64,000 bases of DNA from Mustelus asterias (taxonomy: Eukaryota). The stretch covers positions 25,668,001 through 25,732,000 of the forward strand of contig NC_135808.1 of the NCBI RefSeq assembly GCF_964213995.1, read 5' to 3'. A program made the translations under genes and the position numbers. The notes below the pieces were generated by a model. The model was not told the DNA's origin and did no database searches. It saw nothing but the letters and a program-made list of their open reading frames with translations. Below, in pieces: positions 22,831 through 35,034 of this stretch; within the stretch, counting starts at the first letter, position 1; each line of letters opens with the position of its first letter.

Positions 22831-24732
22831 GGTGTAACTGCACCACGTGTTGCAGTAGATGATGAAGACAGCTCACTGCCGTTTTCTCATGTGCAATTGA
22901 GAATGGGCAATAAATGTTGTTCTCGCCAGCGATTTCCATATTCGGTGAAACAATGAGAAAAACACCAAAACAAGTGGCTCAGTTTGATGCCCTGGGAAAT
23001 CCACTGGAAACAGTTTTGCTGTGGAACAATCCATGAAAATGAAACTTGGCTTTCTGCCTCTCCGCAGATTTTGGTTGGACTTACCACACTGCTGTGGATC
23101 ACCTGTGCTCTCTAGTTTAACATGTCCACCTGCCCAGCTTCATTCGCTAAAACAGGCCGAGAGCAATCCATATCTCATTTAGGGATTGCTCTCTATTGGC
23201 TTAAATTTTATTTCCTCAAAACATTTAAATGATTCTGCCAATTACGTGGCGTTCTCACGAACCCCATCCCAGATAGCATTGTGTCACGGAAAACCACACT
23301 GTTAGTGTTCCATGCTTTTGCAATTTTTGCAGGATTACCTATAGGTTTGTTCCTCGATCTGCCTCTGGAACACTGAAAGTTTACTCCTGCTGGTGTGATT
23401 CCTTCATTGATGTGCTTCAGATCGAGCAACATGGCCTCATTTGGTGAATCCTCATGCATGTGACAGTCATAATGGATTATTTCATTAACGCTGCAGCCCC
23501 AGCCTGCTCTCTACAGACACATCTGACCTGAAGCCATCGGGACTGGAAATAAGCTCGCACACCTGTTGTTGGTCCATCAGATTTTCCACCATAACCCGAC
23601 GATTCCCGCAGTGAATGGGACGGGAAATACGCTCCTCTTGAGCTGCCATCCCTATCATTCTTTGAGTGACTGTAAGGATTTGAGAGCTGCATTAGTTTGA
23701 GCCGCTCAGAAAGATGGAGGAGATGTATTAATGAGAGGGCACGCTGGATTTTTAATTTAGAACCTTGGTGAAATATGTTGTACAGCTAAATCAGTGCAGG
23801 GACTTCTCAGAGTTAAGATTTTTGGGGAAATATATGCTTTTGTGGAATTAATCTGAGAGGCTGTAGTAGTTTGAGGACGCACTTGAATCATTTACCTGTA
23901 CGTCACAATTAAAGATGGCATCCACATCCCAGTGTTCATTAGAACATCACTGAGAGAGCAGGTTAAATTTGGAATGCAACTGTTGAATGGACAAGGTAGA
24001 GAACAATGATCACTGAAACAGTTTGAAATCGAGACATAGAGCTGATTGTATCTGAATGGCTAACACCATTACTGGGAGAATGCAGCTTTCAATTTTCATA
24101 GTTAATTAATTAATAAGAATATAAGAATTAGGAGTAGTTACAGGCAATTCAGCCCCAGAGCCTCCTCCGTAATTCAATACGATTATGGCTGATCTCGTGT
24201 CGCCTCAACTTCAGTTTTCCTGCTCATTCTCCTTAACCCTTCGCCATGATTAATTAAACACATTTCTATCCCTTCCTTAACTTCACTCAATGCTCAGTAT
24301 CCACCACCTTCTGAAGCAGTGAATTCCACAGTTTCACGACCCTATGAGAGAAGCAATTTCTTGCTGTAAGATACCAGAAAGCAGGCCATCAAACCCGGGA
24401 CTTAGCTGCCTTCAATCCTAATAGTTTGCTGAGCATCTTTTCTTATTGATCAGGATTGTTTTAAATTCATTATTTTCTATTACATCTTCTCTGCACGTTA
24501 CGATTGGGATTGTGCTGGTGTCCTCCACCGCTAAAACTGAGGCAAAGTACTGATTTAGTGCCTCCGCCATTTATCTGTTCCCCACTACTAAGTCCCCACT
24601 CTCATCCTTCCACAGCGCCACTTTCAGTGCTTATGGCTTTCCAGTGTAATCTCAGAACAAAAAGGGGGATAACTCTGATGTGTTAGTCTGTTTGTTCATT
24701 TTTTTTTAACTAAAGAAAAACAAGTCGACCGA

Positions 24733-24776
24733 CATTGCAACATCAGCGTTCCCATTGTGATTCCACAGGGTATAAA
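24733..24776 (+). promoter_or_regulatory. Putative promoter of GPCR copy 2
   Basis: CATTGCAACAT followed by TATAAA at 24771-24776, 94 nt before ATG 24865. Confidence 0.6.
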
Positions 24777-24864
24777 TTAATGGTCCTGTGAAAGTGATAC
24801 CTCAGAGTTCAACTTAGAAGAGGTTACCTACAGCACGAAGGGGTAGATCATTCGCACGTAAAGA

Positions 24865-24928
24865 ATGGAAACATTTCACAGTATCGAGAAAATATACTAT
24901 ACAATGCTTGCCTTCGTCGCTGTTCCTG
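24865..24928 (+). CDS. Intact coding exon 1 of GPR139-like GPCR copy 2
   Basis: ATG in AGAATGG context, METFHSIEKIYYTMLAFVAVP plus 1 nt, then a canonical GTAAGT donor (phase 1, 64 nt). Confidence 0.8.
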
Positions 24929-25776
24929 GTAAGTGACACTGACAATTGAAGCTGTGGCACCTGTGCAGCACGTGGTTTCTGGTTTCAAGATGTGACAAAT
25001 AATTTCACAGGGTAATCTAATGGTCACTGTTATACAGACACCTGGTGTGTTACCATTTGGTAAGTCAAATGTTCTGAATAATATCTCAAGTTTAATCCAT
25101 TCCTTAAGTAGATAAAACAACGATGTGTAACTATGAATATTCTTTCCGTCAGTGCAACATTGTGTACACCTGAATCAGAAAGCCAGGGAAATTTCAAAGG
25201 GATGATCCCACTAGGCATGTTTCAGCGCCACTGGGCATGTTTCAGCGCCACTGGAGAGACTAACATTTATTGCCCATTCCTGATTGCCCTTGAGTAGTTG
25301 TGGGTAAGCTGAGAATTTCATTGTCTCCAGTCTATGTGTTGTAGGTCCACCCAAAAAGGTGTTAGGATTGGTATTCGAAGATTTTTGACCCAACGACAGT
25401 GAAAGAGCAATGATATATTTCCAAGTCAGAATGGTGTGTAAATTGGAGGAGAATTTGCAGGTCGTGTCATTCTCACCGATCCGTTGCCATTGCCCTTCTA
25501 GATGATAGCGATCACGGCTTTTAATGTTGCTATTGAAGGAACGTTGGTTGTTTGCCTAACGCCTCGTGTAAGCTAGCACACTGCTGTTACTTGGCGCTCC
25601 AGGTGGATGGAGCAACTGATTAACATGGTTGCCTGGGGTGCCACATAAATTGCTTGCTTTACCACTAATGAAGTCGAGCTTCTTGAGTCTTGGTGGAGCT
25701 GCTCTGATTTCGACGCTTGGAGACTATTCCATCACATGCCTGAGTCATCTCTGTATTCAATGAGGCTGTGTAAGCC

Positions 25777-27970
25777 ATAGAAGATAGAACACAGAACAGT
25801 ACAGCACAGTACAGGCCCTTCGGCCCACGATGTTGTGCCGAACCTTTTCCGAAACCAAGATCAAGCAATCCCACTCCCTAATATTCTAGTGTGCTCCACA
25901 TGCCTATCCAATAACCGACTGAAAGTTCCAAAAGTGCCCGACTCCACTATCACAGCAGGCAGTCCATTCCACATCCCAAACACTCTCTGAGTAAAGAACC
26001 TACCTCGTACATCCCTCCTATATCTTCCACCACGAACCTTATAGTTATACCCCCGAGTAACAGCTACATCCACCCGAGGAAATAGTCTCTGAACGTCCAC
26101 TCTATCTAGCCCCCTCATCATTTTATAAATCTCTATTAAGTCGCCTCTCAACCTCCTCCGCTCTAAAGAGAAAAGCCCTAGCTCCCTCAACCTTTCCTCA
26201 TAAGACCTACCCTCCAAACCAGGCAGCATCCTGGGAAACCTCCTTTGCACTCTTTCCAGTGCTTCCGCATTCTTCTTATAGTGAGATGACCAGAACTGCA
26301 CACAATATTCCAAATGTGGTCTCACCAAGGTCCTGTACAGTTGCCGCATAACCCCATGGCTCTTAAACTCAAACCCCCTGTTAATAAACGCTAACACACT
26401 ATAGGCCTTCTTCACAGCTCTATCCACTTGAGTCGCAACCTTCAGAGATCTGTTGATATGAACCCCAAGATCTCTCTGTCCCTCCACATTCCTCAGAATC
26501 CTCGCTTTGACCCTGTAAACCACATTCAAATTTGTCCAAGCAAAATGAATCACCTCACATTTATCAGGGTTAAACTCCATCTGCCATTTTTCGGCCCAGC
26601 TCTGCTCATATCAATGTCTCTTTGCACCCTACAACAGCCCTCCACCTCATCCACTCCTCCACCAATCTTGGTGTCATCCGCAAATTTACTGATCCACCCT
26701 TCAGCCCCCTCCTCCAAGTCATTTATAAAAATCACAAATAGCAGAGGACCCAGCACTGATCCTTGTGGTACACAACTGGTAACTGGTCTCCAGTCTGAAA
26801 ATTTTCCATCCACCACCACCATCTGTCTTCTATGAGATAGCCAGTTACTTATCAAATAGGCAAAATTTCCCTCTATCCCACACCTCCTTACCTTCTTCAT
26901 GAGCCGACCATGGGAGACCTTATCAAACGCCTTACTAAAATCCATGTATATGATATCAACTGCTCTACCTTCATCAACGCACTTAGTTACCTCCTCAAAA
27001 AATTCAATCAAATTTGTGATGCAAGACTTACCCTTCATGGATCCGTGTTGACTATCCCGGATTAAGCTGCATCTTTCTAAATGGTCGTAAATCCTATCCC
27101 TCAGGACCTTTTCCATTAACCTACCGACCACCGAAGTAAGACTAACCGGCCTATAATTACCAGGGTCATTCCTATTTCCTTTCTTGAACAGAGGAACAAC
27201 ATTCGCCACTCTCCAGTCCTCTGGCACTATCCCCATGGACAGTGAGTACCCAAAGATCAAAGCCAAAGGCTCTGCAATCTCATCCCTTGCCTCCCAAAGA
27301 ATCCTAGGATATATCTCATCTTGCCAAGGGGACTTATCGACCTTCAGGTTTTTCAAAATTGCTCATACATCTTCCCTCAGAACATTTGCCTCCTCCAGCC
27401 TATCAGCCTGTATCACACTCTTAGCCTCAAAAACATGGCCCCTTTCCTTGGTGAACACTGAAGAAAATTATTCATTCATCGCCTCTCCTATCTCTTCTGA
27501 CTCCATGCACAAGTTCCCTCTATTGTCCTTGACCAGCCCTAACCTCACCCTGGCCATTCTTTAATTCCTCACATAAGAGTAAAAAGCCTTGGAGTTTTCC
27601 TTGATCCGACCCGCCAAGGACTTCTCATCCCCCTCCGAGCTCTCCGAAGCCCTTTTTCAGCTCTTTCCTTGCTAACTTGTAACCCTCAATGGAACCAACT
27701 GAACCTTGTTTTCTCATCCTTACATACGCTTCCTTCTTCCTCTTGACCAGACATTCAACCTCTTTTGTGAACCATGGTTCCCTCACTCGGCCATTTCCTC
27801 CCTGCCTGACAGGGACATACCTATCAAGGACACGCAGTATTTGTTCTTTGAACGAGCTCCACTTTTCATTTGTGCCTTTCCCTGACAGTTTCTGTTCCCA
27901 TCTTATGCTCCCTATTTCTTGCCTAATCGCATCATAATTACCCCTCCGCCAATTCTAAACCTTGCCCTGC
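25777..27970 (-). mobile_element. 5'-truncated CR1/HER1-like LINE in the intron of copy 2
   Basis: ORFs 26550..27356(-) ([33 protein letters not shown]) and 25861..26580(-). Same subfamily as 6619-7511 and 35418-37655. Absent in unit 3. Confidence 0.95.
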
Positions 27971-28469
27971 CCTCAAAGAAGTCCTCAAAGAAACTAACAA
28001 ATGGACAGGAAGATATGTTGGTTCCATTTTCTCTCCACAAATGCTGTCAAACCTGCAGAGGTTCTCCAGCATGTTCTGCTTTTGATTCAGTTTGCAGCAT
28101 CCGCAGTATTTTGACTTGACCTAAGGGAATGCTTTTGGTGCTTGTTGGTGGTTGGGAATTACTGCATCAAGTGAAATATATTAATAATGCTGCGTTTCCT
28201 CTTGAACAACAACAATTTAAATAAATGTTAACTAATTGCTGACAGGTAAATGCTGATCTATTCTGTATTCAAATGCTCTGGATAATTTCTTACTCTTACT
28301 CGGCGTATAATTACTGTAACAATTTTACTTGTATCACTGCTAATTGTCTCTTTGCCCAATACCGTTGTGAGTATATGTGGGTAATGAGTGTTCTCTGCTT
28401 TAAGATCTTCCTGTGATAAGGGCTTAACATTGGTCTGTTGTTATACAGTTGTGCACTTTGAAACTGAAC

Positions 28470-28795
28470 AATAACCAGTATTGCAACTCTCCCACCTCTT
28501 TTGCCTGCCTCTCTGTCTCGCCAAAACCATTTATATCCCGGAATATTTAGCTGCCAGTCCTGTCCCCCTTTTAACAAAGTCTCCATTATCGCAACCATAT
28601 CCATGTTCCGTGCAAGAATCAAGACTTTAACTTCATCAGTCTTACCGTTTATACTCCTTGCATTGAAGCAGATGCACACAAGACCTCCGAAAAGAGGTCG
28701 AACTGAGTTCGACCTCCCCCAGTCTGCTCCTCCTCTTTGCTAGCTTGCCCTTGGTTCCATGCTCATCCTCAGTCTCTACTCTTGCTGACCTACTG
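28470..28795 (-). mobile_element. Isolated CR1 ORF2 endonuclease N-terminal fragment
   Basis: CICFNARSINGKTDE...VAIMET...DWQLNIPGYKWFWRDREAGKRGG. No 3' tail. Absent in unit 3. Confidence 0.8.
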
Positions 28796-29858
28796 TTCAG
28801 TGTAATATCAAATGTTTAGAGGTTCGACGGATGCAACCTATATTGTACTCTGGTCTTAGCTCACCGCCGTGTTCCCGAGCAAAAAAGCATGTGCTCATGA
28901 AAAACATAGTTCCCTGGTTTCATAAGTCTGAGCACAATAAATATTAACATGATCGATAACTAAACTATTGCCATTTCTGTGGTGTTAAAAATGATATTTT
29001 TAAGTAGCAATTTACTAATATTCAAAAATATATCGAGCAACATTGAATTTACAACACTGAAACCATCTTTTCGGTTTGTGTTAGCACCCATGTTCCACAC
29101 GAGCCATCCCCACTCTTCTTTATCGAACGGAGTCACCAGAATCTTCTTAAACTTTTGCCTAGTTTCCAGTTCAATTAATCTGATCCCAGTTAACCGAGTT
29201 CGCCATTCTCTTCATTCCCTGATTGAAGACAGTTCTCGTGAATGGCTTCCTTTCTATTAATGACCGTTTTACAGTGATATTCCCAAATACTAGAGCCTCC
29301 ACATATCTTCTCTTTGTCAAGCTTATCAAATCCATTTAGTGCCTTATATCCTCAAGCAGATCTGCTCTCTGCCATGTATTTTCGAACGAAAATACCCCAC
29401 CCAGTTTCTTCCCTCCAGATTGTTAACGTCTCTAAGTCCTAATATTGATCCTGGTGAAGCATTTTGCATCTTCTTATGTTTTCCCACAAATGCTTTCTCT
29501 GTTATTATAGAGACCAGGACTATAAACAATCTATTAATTAGGAAAGAACTGATGTCCTGGATACGTTTGATATAACATTTCAAGCTCATTCATGATCTAA
29601 TAGGCCTGTATTAAGTCTGTCCTCAACCTTTTTTGTTCCCTGTTAAAGGTTCTAAACATTCTTATATTTGTGAAATGCATGCATATCGGACACCTGGACC
29701 ATAATGTGCACATTGCAATTTTATTTCTGCACATGTTTAATGAAAATAACCTCCGATTTTCAATAATTTACCTTTAGAAATAAACACTGGCGTTCTGTTT
29801 CAATATTTATTACCTCGTTAAAGTACATTGTGACGGGAGCGGTAAAGTCCATTGTGAC

Positions 29859-30197
29859 GGGCGGCACGGTAGCACAGTGGTTAGCACTGCTGCTTCACAG
29901 CTCCAGCGACCTGGGTTCGATTCCCGGCTTGGGTCACTGTCTGTGTGGAGTTTGCACATTCTCCTCGTGTCTGCGTGGGTTTCCTCCGGGTGCTCCGGTT
30001 TCCTCCCACAGTCCAAAGATGTGCAAGTTAGGTTGATTGGCCATGCTAAAATTGCCCCTTAGTTTCCTGGGATGCGTAGGTTGGAGGGATTAGTGGGTAA
30101 ATATCTAGGGATATGGGAGTAGGGCCTGGGTGGGATTGTGGTCGGTGCAGACTCGATGGGCCGAATGGCCTCTTTCTGTGCTGTCGGGATTCTAAGA
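29859..30197 (+). mobile_element. Full-length HE1-like V-SINE
   Basis: GGGCGGCACGGTAGCACAGTGG...GGTTCGATTCC head, V-domain and CR1-like tail. Confidence 0.93.
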
Positions 30198-30567
30198 CAT
30201 TATCTTTTTATCAACCTGTACATCTCCAACCCTTTTTAAGTTCCACTATTTTCCCAGTTACCTCCCTTTTTCATTTACTGCATTTGCTCGATGAACTTAA
30301 TCTTAGTCATTCTCTCTCTCTCCATCTCTCTCGTCTGTGTTAATACATGTTGCACTCCTCTTTCTTTCTGTGTTCTCCCTTTGTTTCAGTTCTGACTCCC
30401 ATCTATCACTGCCTTTGTCTCTCCCTTTGCTGACTTGCGTTCTCTGCTCTTGCTTCTCATTATTTCTTCTCCTCTGTATTACCATTGTCTTTCTGAGTTC
30501 TATTCTCCTCACTCCTGAATCTAGCTCTTCTCCAATTCACCACGAAGGTTGTCTCGCCCTGCTCTTT

Positions 30568-31320
30568 TTTCTGGACATCACACCGGTGTGTGGTGTTATC
30601 ATTGCTATGTCTTATGCAGAAACAGAATGTTTCTCCTTTCAAAATATTTGTGGTAATTTGTTGCCAGAAGCTGAATATTAAATATTGCTCCAAGAACACT
30701 GTAGCTATCGTTCTAGCAACAACAGGCATTCTGATTTCTTTAAAGGATATCCCCTTTTATTTTACATTTGAACCTGCAGAGATACTGAACAATGTGCCCC
30801 GGCTCTGTAATGAAAGATCAATCTTTTATACTGATCTTGCATGGGTAGGATTTGAATGGTTTGATAAGGTATTAACCCCATTACTCCAACATGCTCTAAT
30901 CCTGTTGCTCAATATTCTGCCAGTCAGATGTATTATAGTGACCAGTCAAGTCCGAAAAGGACCGAGTAGTCAAAACAAGGGAGATAATTGCACTGACACA
31001 GAGGTAGAAAGCAGAAGGAAGTCTGTGATTTTGCTCTTCAACATAGCTGCTACGTTCACTATGTTATGGCTTGCATATGGTATAGACTTCATCCTTTATA
31101 GTACGACAGGAATTTACCCAGAATATTACAACAATCGTCTTATATATTTGCAAAGGTTGCACTTATGCTGTTCAGTTTAAATTGCTGTACAATTGCTGTA
31201 CAATAAACAATTGCATTTGTTTATGGGGCGACACAGTCCAAGTTCACGGAGTAGTTCAAGTATGCAGCGAATTATCCTATCACATTAATTACTACATTGA
31301 TGTATGAATAAAGGGACTGA
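30568..31320 (+). pseudogene. Broken exon 2 of GPR139-like copy 2
   Basis: Starts abruptly at FLDITPVC with no acceptor and no TM1-TM2. Lesions: ~21-nt deletion after ETEC, +1 frameshift near 30644, frameshift near 31140, AATTGCTGTAC duplication, and an in-frame TAG near 31251. Confidence 0.9.
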
Positions 31321-31648
31321 GAGCAGCCTGGTGTTGGAGAATTGTGTATGTGCCAGAGGATGCTACATAGATGGGGAGGGTGTGGGAGTTGGAGGAGCTG
31401 ATTGACATTGAGAGGAGTAAAGGAGCTGACGGATACAACAGAGATGAGAAGGTTCGGAGAGATTGGAGTAGTTGGTTTTATAGGGATTAGAATAGGGGCT
31501 CGATGAGGCAACAAATATGATGGGTGTAGGAGCAGATTAATGGGGAGCGGAAATCAGGAAACCTTGGAGTCCATAAATAACTGGATAAATATTTGTCACC
31601 CATTTGCACCATTTTGTCACTGAAGAGATTCATTCAGAGGAGCTCTCC

Positions 31649-32532
31649 AGTTATAATTCAGCTCAGAAACTCCAAAGTGTTTTACAAAATCCGCCTCGAT
31701 CATAAGCTTTGCAATTTCGGCTACAGTAAGAATGAGATGTTTCTCTACAGGTATGATTCAACTGACCCACTAAAGAGCTTTAATCAAAAGACGTTTATTC
31801 ATAAATACAATTAACATGTATAGAAAGGAAGTAAGTATGTTTTTTTACTAATTACAAACAAGGAAATAAACAACTATGATGATCTATAAACCGTAATAGC
31901 GAAATAGCGTTCCAACCAAACAAAACCCACAAACGAAACATTTACCACAGGTTTAGCACAGAAAATACAAATGCTCACGTGATGCTGGAAATTCCTCTTT
32001 TGGTTGGATGCTGCAGTTCTCTTGATATGCATATAAACAAGCTTGAAGTCAGAACAGCTTCCCAATACATCAGAACGAGACAGAGAGAGAGAGGGGGGGG
32101 GGGGGGAGGACACTAGGCATTAACTACAGCAGGCGTTCACTCCAGGAAGCCGAGGAGGTCTGCTTCCAGCTATCGATCAGAATTTCCAATAACACGGAGA
32201 GGCAGAGAGAGATAGAGAGAAAACCTGCCTGCCATCTGAGAAATGGGACAACTTCTGATGCTGAAATCAAATCTGAAACTGAATCCTTGGATGCTTCTGG
32301 GGAGGAACCACCTGACTTTGACTTGTCAATCAATTTTCCCCTCACAATGCAGGGTCATAAAATATCCCAGAAAGTACCTGAGGCACAGTGTAAAAATAAA
32401 CAAAACGCCATTTAAACCATTGGAGCGGCAATTAAAGGACTTCTGACCCGACAGCCTGCCAACAATGAAAAAAACTTAAAGCCGCTTAACGTTTCGAAAA
32501 ATCATTTTTTAATGGTACACAGGCATCGCGCC
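31649..32532 (-). mobile_element. Unit-2-specific ~880-bp insertion, possibly a degenerate solo LTR
   Basis: Interrupts sequence that is contiguous in unit 1 (~14205). Non-coding, with AG/G tracts. The termini only loosely resemble TG...CA. Confidence 0.4.
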
Positions 32533-34380
32533 CCACCCGAACAGCACTGCGGGTAAAACTGTCACACGAGCAGCAGCATCTTAAGGGGAATTCGGGATAG
32601 GCAATAAACACCAACATAGTCGGCGAGCTTCTCATCTGAAGCTGATCATTACAAACGTTCCCATTTGGAAAATGGAGCGAGTAATAACATAAAGCCTTCA
32701 TTAACATTGACCCTTTCCATTTTACCCAATCTATGATCTCTTAATTAAACCTCTCTTTGAAGATCATTGTCCCTTTCCTACTTTACCACCTTTTTTTGTT
32801 AACTCATTTCACTTCTTGGAGGTCAAAAACAATCTTTCACGTTAATCTTTCTTTTATTTTTCGAATTCAAGTGCTAGATTTGCTCCATCTCTTTAGATGC
32901 CCAAATGTTTCATCTTCAACTGAATTCTAATCAATTCAACGATGTTATGCAAGTCTCATGCTTCGTTTTAGTAACTCAAGGCGCTCTTAGATCGTGCTTT
33001 TAACTCTAACAACATGTTTTCAGCTAATGTGATTCACCATACCTGATATAATTATTTCAATCACTGAACAATAATCTCCCCTATTCGGCAAAGTGACAGG
33101 AACTGGAAAGCAATTATTCTGCTCAATAATTATAGTAACATTTAGCATGAAAACCTGATCAGCCTTACCACAGAAAGTTCCATCACGTATTATTGTCTTT
33201 GGATTTTCGACCTTGAAGGTTCCATCAGTTTATTTCACGCTCCTTTGTGGAATCAGTAGTTGTTTTTAAAAGTAAATAAAGTTTAAATTCCCCGTTATAC
33301 ATGCGGCCAACAAAGTCACAACATAGCACATTTCAACCAAACAAAGTAAACTCAGAAGAGTAGAACAATTTGCAATATCTATCTCTTAGACACGAAATGT
33401 CCAAGAAATGGAACTAGGAAATTATGAATGAACCACCAAAATGTGGTGGAAATCAACTGATTGCAGAATAAAAGACAGGTGTGACCACGAAGATCCCATT
33501 ATTTCTCCACATACCATCTCGACATCAGTGACCACTGCAAGATACAAAATGTTGTTAAAGTTCTGGCCCGCTCACAAGGGATTTCACTGCATCAGTAGCG
33601 ACGATCAATCCTTTGAATGGCCCTTAATGAGCGACCTTCCGCAAACATCAGAGCTCCCCAGGAACTCCCCTGAGCCCTAATTGTTTGGATCCTACTCAGA
33701 GCTCTCAAGGCTTTCCTGTGTTCTACAAACCACACAGTGTCCAAACTGAAACCATCAACCCTATCCCAGAAAACATACGATCAATTGAAATCAGAGAATG
33801 TTCTTGAGATCTGTCCATCTCCATGAAGAAGTAGCCTTCCAGTTTTCAAAGAATGCCTTTGAAATCATTGAACCTTATCTCCAAAAACAATTCTGCCACA
33901 TGGCGAGCGTGGTTGGCAAACTTCAGTTAGTTTTCATCGTACGTTTTAGCTCAAGGATTAATTTGAAAATCTTCCAAAACATGGTACCCTACATTTGATC
34001 TGATTTTTTGAGTGGGCAATATTTGCATATCCTGTAAGCTATGCATAGTAAGGCCTCAAATATTTGCCGAACAAAAGAACATGTATAGAGTGTGTGCCTG
34101 TTTCATCTGAGGAAAATACGTGGCAGCCATTCGTTGATTCATTCCACAGCAAGATTTCTTGGCTAACAAGGTTCAAATTGCTAATGATTGTGCAATGTTC
34201 TGCACCATAGCGACCCCTCAGATATTGAAGCAGTCCATCTTCAATCGCAACAAGATCTAGATAGTATCCAGGCTTGGGTTGACAATTGGCAAGTAACACT
34301 CGTGCCACATAAATGCCAGAAAATGAATATCACTAATATGAGACGGTCTAACCACAGCCTATTGACATTCAATGAAGTTA

Positions 34381-34524
34381 CATGGGTAAGATGGGTATAC
34401 AGCGATATGGGCCAAATGCAGGCTATTGGAATTAGCTTAGGGGTTTAAAAAAAGGCGGCATGGGCAAGTTGGGCCGAAGGGCCTGTTTCCATGTTGCAAA
34501 CCTCTATGACTCTCTGACTCTATC
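34381..34524 (+). mobile_element. Short CR1 3' tail nested in a family-B LINE
   Basis: GGCAAGTTGGGCCGAAGGGCCTGTTTCCATG...(CTCTATGA)n. Same subfamily as 18672-19172 and 61621-61942. Confidence 0.75.
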
Positions 34525-35034
34525 ATCAATTGATTCCCCACTGTCAACATCCTTGAATTTACCATTGACCCAAAACTCAACTGGACACGCCACATAAACA
34601 CAGTGGCTATAAAAGCAGGTCACTGGCTGGCAATGCTGCGGCGAGTAGCTCACCTGCTGATTCCCCAAAACCTATCCACCATCTAGAAGTCTCAAGTCAG
34701 AAGTGCGATTGGATAATCCCCACTTGCTTGTACAGGTGCAACTCCAACAACACTGAAAAAGCTTGGCATTATCCAGGGCAAGGCATCTCACTTGATTGGT
34801 CCCACATTCTCAAACATCCACTACCTCTTCCAACAGCGGTGGTATGTACTAACTCCAAGATGCACTGCAGTAAATCACCAAAGACACTGCACCTTCCAAA
34901 CCCAAGGCCAGTATTATCTGGAAGAAAAAGTGCAGCAGATGCATGGGAACACCACCAATTGAAAGCTCCCTTCCAAGCCACTCACCATCCTGACTTGGAA
35001 ATTTATCAACATTCTTTCACAGTCGCTGGGTCAG

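Noticed and set aside
29859-29930. tRNA genes at SINE heads
   Set aside because: The A/B-box heads run directly into V-domain and LINE tails, so these are SINEs.
33720-33800. Antisense LISIDR (also VSIDR near 15470) as a GPCR DRY motif
   Set aside because: Flanking TM motifs are not at the expected spacing, and a short match could be chance.
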